Positions 17,474 to 24,068 of a stretch of 24,068 bases of DNA are shown here, piece by piece. Made by a program: the position numbers and the translations under genes. Source of the stretch: Myxococcota bacterium (GTDB taxonomy: Bacteria > Myxococcota > XYA12-FULL-58-9 > JALHOP01); contig JBGGMJ010000122.1 of assembly GCA_041288095.1 (NCBI GenBank), forward strand, positions 1 to 24,068, written 5' to 3'. The stretch's first letter is position 1, and every line of letters begins with the position of its first letter. The notes below the pieces were generated by a model. It was not told the DNA's origin. It saw only the letters and a program-made list of their open reading frames with translations, and made no database searches.

Positions 17474-17841
17474 CGCCAGACGTTGGAGTTGTCGTCGGTG
17501 AGCGCGCCTCGCTGTGGCTTCACGACACAAAAGCGCGCGCCCGTCGGCGCTTCCATGACCCACCAGGTGCGGATCAGCGCAACGCGCTTGGCTCCAAGGC
17601 CCTCGAGCCTCCGCACCTCCGCCTCGATGTCATCGCTCTCGATGTCGATGTGCGCTCGGCTCTCGTGCGTGACTTGCTGCACCGCCATGGTCGGTTGGTC
17701 CGGCGGCGTCGTGAGCGCAACGTATTTGCCGTCGTTCTCACCCATGGCGCAGCCTAGAGCCTTGCTCCAGAACGTCGCGGCGGCGGCCAGGTCATTGGTC
17801 TGGGAATCGAGGATGACGGTGGCGAAGCGGCTACGGTGCAT
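17470..17841 (-). CDS. VOC/glyoxalase-like family protein (123 aa)
   Basis: MHRSR...ILD...AATFWSKALG, RAHIDIESDDIEAEVRRLEGLGA, WWVMEAPTGARFCVV. Confidence 0.88.
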   Translation of the reverse strand: MHRSRFATVILDSQTNDLAAAATFWSKALGCAMGENDGKYVALTTPPDQPTMAVQQVTHESRAHIDIESDDIEAEVRRLEGLGAKRVALIRTWWVMEAPTGARFCVVKPQRGALTDDNSNVWR

Positions 17842-17892
17842 GCCCCGGACGATGGCAACGGCCACCGCCCGGAGCAAGCGCGAGCTTCGCTC

Positions 17893-19146
17893 TTAGAACT
17901 GGTGCGCCTCGGTCGAATCCTTGAGCGCCAAGGTCGACGAGCTGCCGCCGGTGATCACCTGCATGACCTCGTCGAAGTAGCCGGTGCCGACCTCGCGCTG
18001 ATGGCGCGTGGCCGAGTAGCCCTTCTTCTCGCTCGCGAACTCGGCCTGCTGCAGCACCGAGTAAGCGGCCATGCCGTTCTGGCGGTAAGCGTCGGCCAGC
18101 TCGAACATCGAGTGGTTGAGCGCGTGGAAGCCCGCCAGGGTGACGAATTGGAACTTGTAGCCCATGGCGCCGATTTCCTTCTGGAACTTCGCCATAGCGG
18201 ACTCGTCCATCTTCTTCTTCCAGTTGAACGACGGCGAGCAGTTGTAGGCCAGGAGCTTGCCCGGAAACTTGGCGTGGACGCTCTCGGCGAACTTCTTGGC
18301 CTCGCCCACGTCGGGGGTCGAGGTCTCGCACCAGATGACATCGGCGTAGGGCGCGTAAGCGAGGCCGCGCGCGATCGCCTGGTCGATGCCTTCGCGCACG
18401 CGATAGAAGCCCTCGGTGGTGCGCTCACCCGTGCAGAACGGCTTGTCGCGCTCGTCGACATCGCTGGTGAGGAGGTTCGCGCCGTTGGCATCGGTGCGCG
18501 CCACGAGCACCGTCGAGACACCCATGACGTCGGCCGCGAGACGCGCCGCCACCAGCGTGCGGATGTGTTGACTCGTCGGCACGAGAACCTTGCCGCCCAT
18601 GTGGCCGCACTTCTTCTCGCTCGCGAGCTGGTCCTCGAAGTGAACGCCGGCCGCGCCCGCTTCGATCATCGCCTTCATCAGCTCGAAGGCGTTGAGTGGT
18701 CCACCGAAGCCGGCCTCGGCGTCGGCCATGATCGGCGCCATCCAGTGGCGGGTCACCTTGCCCTCGGAGTGCTCGATCTGATCGGCGCGCTGCAGGGCCT
18801 GGTTGATGCGCTTCACCACCATGGGCACGCTGTTCGCGGGATAGAGGGACTGGTCGGGATACATGTGGCCCGCGAGATTGGCGTCGGCGGCGACTTGCCA
18901 CCCCGAGAGGTAGATGGCCTTCAAACCGGCCTTCACCTGCTGCACCGCTTGGTTGCCGGTGAGCGCGCCGAGCGCGGGGACGTAGTCGTCCGTGTGCATC
19001 AGCTCCCACAGCCGCCGAGCACCCATGTCGGCGAGCGTGTACTCGATCTTCACCGAGCCGCGCAGCTTCTCCACGTCCGCTTTCGAGTACGGACGGTTGA
19101 TACCTTCCCAACGTTTGGCGGCGATTTCGTCAGCAGACTTCGACAT
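17893..19146 (-). CDS. aceA: Isocitrate lyase
   Basis: [29 protein letters not shown], signature [39 protein letters not shown]. Confidence 0.98.
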   Translation of the reverse strand: MSKSADEIAAKRWEGINRPYSKADVEKLRGSVKIEYTLADMGARRLWELMHTDDYVPALGALTGNQAVQQVKAGLKAIYLSGWQVAADANLAGHMYPDQSLYPANSVPMVVKRINQALQRADQIEHSEGKVTRHWMAPIMADAEAGFGGPLNAFELMKAMIEAGAAGVHFEDQLASEKKCGHMGGKVLVPTSQHIRTLVAARLAADVMGVSTVLVARTDANGANLLTSDVDERDKPFCTGERTTEGFYRVREGIDQAIARGLAYAPYADVIWCETSTPDVGEAKKFAESVHAKFPGKLLAYNCSPSFNWKKKMDESAMAKFQKEIGAMGYKFQFVTLAGFHALNHSMFELADAYRQNGMAAYSVLQQAEFASEKKGYSATRHQREVGTGYFDEVMQVITGGSSSTLALKDSTEAHQF

Positions 19147-19159
19147 TCTTACATCCTCT

Positions 19160-20755
19160 TTAGTTTTGACGTGAAACCTCGACGAGCCGGTCGTACGCCG
19201 GCAACGTCAGAAAATCCTCGAGGCGGGAGCTTAGCGAGAGCCGTGCGAACAGTTCCTTGGCCTCCTCGAACTTGGAGGCGCCAAAGTTGTCACCGAGCTC
19301 GACTTTGATCTTGGCCATCTCTTCGTCGAGCACCTGGTTGAACAGATCACGCGTCACGGTGCGGCCGTCGTCGAGCTGTGCGCCATAGTGGATCCACTGC
19401 CACACCTGCGTGCGCGAGATCTCGGCCGTCGCGGCGTCTTCCATCAGGTTGTAGAGCGGCACGCAGCCGATGCCTCGCATCCAAGCTTCGAGATAGCGGA
19501 CACCGACATCGATGTTCTGCCGCAGGCCCTTTTCGGTGCGGGCCCCGGCGGGCACTTTGACGAGGTCGGCGGGCCCGACCTTCACGTCCTCGCGCTTGTT
19601 GGCGATCTGATTCGGCGTCTTCATATGCGCGTCGAAGATCTCGAGCGCCACGGGCACGAGCCCCGGGTGGGCAACCCAAGTGCCGTCGTGGCCGGCCTTC
19701 ACCTCGCGCAGCTTGTCGGCGCGCACCTTGGCGAGCGCGGCATCGTTGGCCTTCTCGTCGCCCTTGATGGGAATCTGCGCGGCCATGCCGCCCATCGCAT
19801 GGACGTTGCGGCGGTGGCAGGTCTTCACCAAGAGCTCGGTGTAAGCCCGCATGAACGGCTGCTCCATGGTGACGAGCGCGCGATCCGGCATGACGTATTC
19901 GGAGCGCGACCGGAACGTCTTGATGAAGCTGAACATGTAATCCCAGCGGCCGCAGTTGAGGCCCGCCGAGTGGTCACGCAGCTCGTGGATGATCTCGTCC
20001 ATCTCGAAGGCCGCCGGTAGGGTCTCGATGAGCACCGTGGCGCGGATCGAGCCGTTGGGGACGCCGAGCTTCTGCTGCGCGTGCACGAAGACGTCGTTCC
20101 AGAGACGCGCCTCCAGGTGGCTCTGCATCTTCGGCAGGTAGAAGTACGGGCCCGAGCCCTTCGCGAGCAGGGGCTTTGCGTTATGGAAGAAGAACAGGCC
20201 GAAGTCGAAGATGCCGCCGGGCACGGGCCGATCGCGCAAGCGGACATGCTTCTCCCACAGGTGCCAACCACGCGGGCGCACCATCAAGGTCGCGAGCTTC
20301 TGGCCCAGCTTGTAGCTCTTGCCGCTCTTCGTATCGTCGTAGGTGATGGTGCCGCGAACCGCGTCGCGAAGGTTGATCTGGCCGTCGATCTGGTTGTCCC
20401 AGAGGGGCGTATTCGAGTCCTCGAAGTCCGCCATGAAGACGCGCGCGCCCGAATTGAGCGCGTTGATGATCATCTTGCGGTCGACTGGGCCGGTGATCTC
20501 GACCCGACGATCCTCGAGATCCTTCGGAATGGAGGGACCGGTCCAGCCGCCCTCGCGGATCGCCTTGGTCTCCTCCAGGAACTCAGGAAGCCCACCGGCG
20601 TCGAGCTTGGCGATGAAGGTCTTTCGCCGCTCCAGCAGGTCGTCGACCCGCGCAGTGAACGCCAGCGCAAGATCCTCAACGAAATCCAGCGCCTCGGGCG
20701 TCAAAATGTCGCGGTACGCTGGGGTTAGACGGCCAAGTACTTCGAGCTCGCCCAT
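19160..20755 (-). CDS. aceB: Malate synthase A
   Basis: [68 protein letters not shown]. Start is ATG 20755 or TTG 20767 (GGAGG lies only 1 nt before the TTG). Confidence 0.98.
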   Translation of the reverse strand: MGELEVLGRLTPAYRDILTPEALDFVEDLALAFTARVDDLLERRKTFIAKLDAGGLPEFLEETKAIREGGWTGPSIPKDLEDRRVEITGPVDRKMIINALNSGARVFMADFEDSNTPLWDNQIDGQINLRDAVRGTITYDDTKSGKSYKLGQKLATLMVRPRGWHLWEKHVRLRDRPVPGGIFDFGLFFFHNAKPLLAKGSGPYFYLPKMQSHLEARLWNDVFVHAQQKLGVPNGSIRATVLIETLPAAFEMDEIIHELRDHSAGLNCGRWDYMFSFIKTFRSRSEYVMPDRALVTMEQPFMRAYTELLVKTCHRRNVHAMGGMAAQIPIKGDEKANDAALAKVRADKLREVKAGHDGTWVAHPGLVPVALEIFDAHMKTPNQIANKREDVKVGPADLVKVPAGARTEKGLRQNIDVGVRYLEAWMRGIGCVPLYNLMEDAATAEISRTQVWQWIHYGAQLDDGRTVTRDLFNQVLDEEMAKIKVELGDNFGASKFEEAKELFARLSLSSRLEDFLTLPAYDRLVEVSRQN

Positions 20756-20815
20756 GTCCTTGTTCAATCCTCCCGCCGGTCCAAGAAAGTTCCTGGTGCT
20801 TTCTCAAGCGGCGGC

Positions 20816-20845
20816 AAACTATCAACCAATGACGCACTTTGTCAC
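20816..20845 (-). promoter_or_regulatory. Candidate sigma70-type promoter of aceBA with an overlapping inverted repeat
   Basis: - strand GTGACA-18 nt-TAGTTT with TG one base upstream of the -10; TGAC-N7-GTCA at 20830-20844. Confidence 0.45.
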
Positions 20846-20919
20846 GCGACCTCGAAGACAATGATGATCGCGCGGCGCGACTTCAATGCCGGGCCTCAAG
20901 CTGGTAGCCAGCGGGCCTC

Positions 20920-23763
20920 ATGGCTAGCGAGACACTCTATCTAGTCGACGGTAGCGGCTACATTTACCGCGCCTTCTACGCCATCCGTTCCCTGACGAAC
21001 CGCCAAGGCGTGCCGACCAACGCGGTTTTCGGGTTCGCGCGCATGCTCATCAAGTTGCTGCGCGAGAAGAAGCCGCACCTGTTGGGGATCGCTTTCGATA
21101 CCGACACCGACAACTTCCGACACGAAATTTATAGTGAGTATAAAGCGACGCGCGACGAGAAGCCGGAGGATCTCGCGCCGCAGTTCCCGCTCATTCACGA
21201 GCTGGTGAGCTGCATGGAGATCCCGCTCCTGGCGCACACGCGCTACGAGGCGGACGACATCATCGCCACCCTCGCCCACCAAGGCGTGGCGAGCGGCTAC
21301 GACGTCGTGGTGGTCAGCGCCGACAAGGATCTCATGCAGCTCGTCGGCGACCACGTGCGCATGTACGACCCGATGAAAGACGTCACCTACGACCGCGCCG
21401 GCGTCATCGAGAAGTTCGGCGTGCCGCCGGAGCTCGTGGCCGACGTGCTCGCTTTAGCGGGCGACACCAGTGACAACGTGCCGGGCGTCCCCAAGGTCGG
21501 CATGAAGAGCGCCGCCAAGCTGGTCGATACCTACGGCGACGTCGAAAAAGTCATCGCCGGCTTGGAAGCTCAGGCGAAGCTGAAGGCGGTCGAGCTCTCG
21601 GTGATCGAAAACGCGCACCTGGCGCGCTTGTCGAAGCAACTGACGCTGCTCGCCAAGGATGCACCGTTCACGTTGGATATCGAGAAGCTCAAGTACACCG
21701 CGCCGCGTGCCGAGCTGATGGCGCCGTTCCTGCGCAAGATCGACGCGCTGCAGCTCTTGCGTGAGCTTGGGCTCACTGAGATTGCAGCGGCGCCACCACC
21801 GGGAGCGACCAGCGACCCAGATGTGCCCGATGCGTCGCCGGAAGCCGTCGATGGAGATGACGGCGACGAGCAAGGTGATTTGTTCGGCACGCCGACCGAA
21901 GCCGAGGTCGTCGAAACGCGGATGGTCACTTCACCGCTGCGCATCGTGGAAGAACCTGTGTCGATCGACCGCAGCGTCTATCGCATGGTGACGACACTCG
22001 AGGAGCTGGACGCCTTCCTGGCGCTTGCCCGCAAAAACAGTCAGCTGACCTTCGACACCGAGACCACCTCGCAAGATCCCATGCGCGCCATCTTGGTCGG
22101 CGTCGCCTTGAGCACCGCCGGCACGCCCGCGGTCTATGTGCCGGTGAGCCACCGCTATCTCGGAGCACCGCCACAGCTCTCGACCGTCGACGTGCTCGAT
22201 CGCCTCCGGCCGCTCCTCGAGGACTCAAGCGTGCGCAAGATCGCCCACAACGCCAAGTACGACATCATCGTCCTGGCGCGCGCCGGCATCGATATCCGCG
22301 GCGCCGTCGACGACACCATGATCGCGGCTTACATTCTCGACCCGTCGCGCCTCTCCTACTCGATGGACACCTTGGCGCGCGAAGTGCTCGGCCACGACAC
22401 CATCCGCTACGACGACGTCACCGGCACCGGCAAGACGCGCCTCAACTTCGAGGAGGTGCCGCTCGACCGCGCCACCGAATACGCCGCCGAAGATGCCGAC
22501 GTCACTCAGCGTCTCGCCTCTACCCTGATGCCCCGTGTCGATCTCGCCGGCCAGAGCGAGCTCTACAGCGATCTCGAGATGCCGCTCACATACGTTTTAG
22601 CGGACATGGAGCGCACGGGCATCCGCGTCGATCACGACACCTTGGCATCGCTCGGCAACGAGCTCGGCGAGCGCATCCGCGCCATCGAGATCCGCGCCCA
22701 CGCGAGCATCGGCGAGCCCGTGAACCTGGGGTCACCCAAGCAGCTTGCCGAGCTCTTTTTCGTGAAGCTGGGTTACCCGGCAGGCAAAAAGACGCGCACC
22801 GGCTTCTCCACCGACTCCGAAGTGCTCGAGGTCCTCGCCAAGGACTACGAGCTGCCGCGCATCGTCCTCGAGCACCGGCTGGTAACCAAGCTCAAGTCGA
22901 CCTACGTCGACGCCCTGCCGCGCATGGTCAACCCGGACACCGGACGCGTGCACACGACCTTCAATCAGACCGGCGCCGCGACCGGCCGTTTGTCGAGCAC
23001 CGATCCGAACCTCCAGAACATTCCCATCCGCACCGAAGACGGCCGCCGCATCCGCGCCGCGTTCGTGCCCGAGCCCGGCTGGACCATGATCTCGGCGGAC
23101 TATTCGCAGATCGAGCTGCGCATCATGGCGCACCTCTCCGAAGACCCGGACTTCATCGAGGCCTTCCAGCGTGGCGAGGACATTCACGCGCGCACCGCCC
23201 GCGAGATCTTGAAGGGCTTCGATGAACGTGAGGCGCGCCGCCGCGCCAAGGCGATCAACTTCGGCATTCTCTACGGCATCTCGGACTTCGGTTTGTCGAA
23301 GAACCTGGCCATCCCTCGCGCCGAGGCGGGGGCGTACATCCGCGCCTACTTCGCGCGCTACCCGCGCATCCGTCACTTCCTCGACGCCACGATCAACGAG
23401 GCACTCGAGCGCGGGTTCGTGGGCACCATCTTCGGACGCCGTCGTTTTCTCCCGGATCTCGCCAGCAAGAACCGCACGATCCGTCAGGGCGCCGAGCGCA
23501 TCGCCATGAACACGCCGATGCAAGGGAGCGCCGCCGACATCATCAAGGTGGCGATGTTGCGCATCCACAAGCGGCTGCGTGAGGAGAAGCTCAAGGGGCG
23601 GCTGCTCTTGCAAGTGCATGACGAGCTCGTGCTGGAGGCGCCGCCCGATGAGGCGGAGCGCGTTGGCGAGCTCGTGAAGCACGAGATGCAGAACGTCGTG
23701 AAGCTACGGGTGCCGCTCGACGTCGACGTCGGGACGGGGCCCAACTGGGCCCTTGCGCATTAG
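20920..23763 (+). CDS. polA: DNA polymerase I
   Basis: 5'-3' nuclease (LVDGS, YEADD, DKD, GDTSDNVPGV), intact 3'-5' exonuclease motifs (FDTETT, HNAKYD, YAAEDAD), polymerase motifs (TGRLSS, ADYSQIELR, AKAINFGILYG, LQVHDEL). Confidence 0.99.
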   Translation: MASETLYLVDGSGYIYRAFYAIRSLTNRQGVPTNAVFGFARMLIKLLREKKPHLLGIAFDTDTDNFRHEIYSEYKATRDEKPEDLAPQFPLIHELVSCMEIPLLAHTRYEADDIIATLAHQGVASGYDVVVVSADKDLMQLVGDHVRMYDPMKDVTYDRAGVIEKFGVPPELVADVLALAGDTSDNVPGVPKVGMKSAAKLVDTYGDVEKVIAGLEAQAKLKAVELSVIENAHLARLSKQLTLLAKDAPFTLDIEKLKYTAPRAELMAPFLRKIDALQLLRELGLTEIAAAPPPGATSDPDVPDASPEAVDGDDGDEQGDLFGTPTEAEVVETRMVTSPLRIVEEPVSIDRSVYRMVTTLEELDAFLALARKNSQLTFDTETTSQDPMRAILVGVALSTAGTPAVYVPVSHRYLGAPPQLSTVDVLDRLRPLLEDSSVRKIAHNAKYDIIVLARAGIDIRGAVDDTMIAAYILDPSRLSYSMDTLAREVLGHDTIRYDDVTGTGKTRLNFEEVPLDRATEYAAEDADVTQRLASTLMPRVDLAGQSELYSDLEMPLTYVLADMERTGIRVDHDTLASLGNELGERIRAIEIRAHASIGEPVNLGSPKQLAELFFVKLGYPAGKKTRTGFSTDSEVLEVLAKDYELPRIVLEHRLVTKLKSTYVDALPRMVNPDTGRVHTTFNQTGAATGRLSSTDPNLQNIPIRTEDGRRIRAAFVPEPGWTMISADYSQIELRIMAHLSEDPDFIEAFQRGEDIHARTAREILKGFDEREARRRAKAINFGILYGISDFGLSKNLAIPRAEAGAYIRAYFARYPRIRHFLDATINEALERGFVGTIFGRRRFLPDLASKNRTIRQGAERIAMNTPMQGSAADIIKVAMLRIHKRLREEKLKGRLLLQVHDELVLEAPPDEAERVGELVKHEMQNVVKLRVPLDVDVGTGPNWALAH

Positions 23764-24068
23764 GCGACGCGCGGCGCCGCTGCTCGCTGGAAGCGCTGGA
23801 TAGTTTCGTTGAACGCGCGCATCGTTTCGGGCGCCGCCTCGAGGAAGCCTTGCGCGCGCATGGTGTCACGGAACTGCACGACCGTGCCGAGCATGCCGCC
23901 TGGATCGGCGGTGGTATTGGCGAAGGTCTCGCGCACACGCGCCGCCAAAGCGGTGTCGAGCGCGCGGCGCGACTCGGCGATGCCGCGCGACGTGGAGTTG
24001 AACACCTCGCGGGTCATGCCCTGCGAGCGCATGGCCCCCAGCGACGTCTGCATCTCGCGCAGCCGGGC
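23760..24068 (-). CDS. 3' end of an unknown, probably helical protein (partial)
   Basis: Frame open from the window edge to TAA at 23760-23762, stop overlapping the polA stop; no recognisable motif. Confidence 0.6.
   Translation of the reverse strand, partial: ARLREMQTSLGAMRSQGMTREVFNSTSRGIAESRRALDTALAARVRETFANTTADPGGMLGTVVQFRDTMRAQGFLEAAPETMRAFNETIQRFQRAAAPRVA

Noticed and set aside
17872..17892. Hairpin right after the aceA stop
   Set aside because: Short bulged stem with no U-tract; expected by chance at this GC content.
17836..19308. 490-aa antisense ORF over aceA (similar ones over mreB, aceB and polA)
   Set aside because: Codon-bias shadow of conserved genes; no independent coding evidence.

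Overview
High-GC, very densely packed bacterial chromosome segment. Gene content and sequence style suggest Myxococcota/deltaproteobacteria (inference). Left to right: 3' end of an unknown gene; a tightly coupled + strand run of pyrE, a small lipoprotein and two ~785-aa paralogous multidomain lipoproteins (Cys-motif, Ig-like, FN3-like, beta-helix, C-terminal cap); a small acidic hypothetical; trxA with an RCC1/BLIP-II-like beta-propeller gene; the elongasome cluster mreB-mreC-mreD-mrdA-rodA on the - strand, split by an oppositely oriented HAD hydrolase; lptE-like and holA; a VOC gene; aceB-aceA (glyoxylate shunt); polA; and the 3' end of an unknown gene. No rRNA, tRNA, CRISPR array or mobile element was seen. 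The standout is a RodA carrying a ~178-aa insertion built from a tandem-duplicated two-TM module, in an elongasome cluster with several other deviations. The tandem surface-lipoprotein pair and a probable CTG-initiated secreted propeller gene are the next most interesting.
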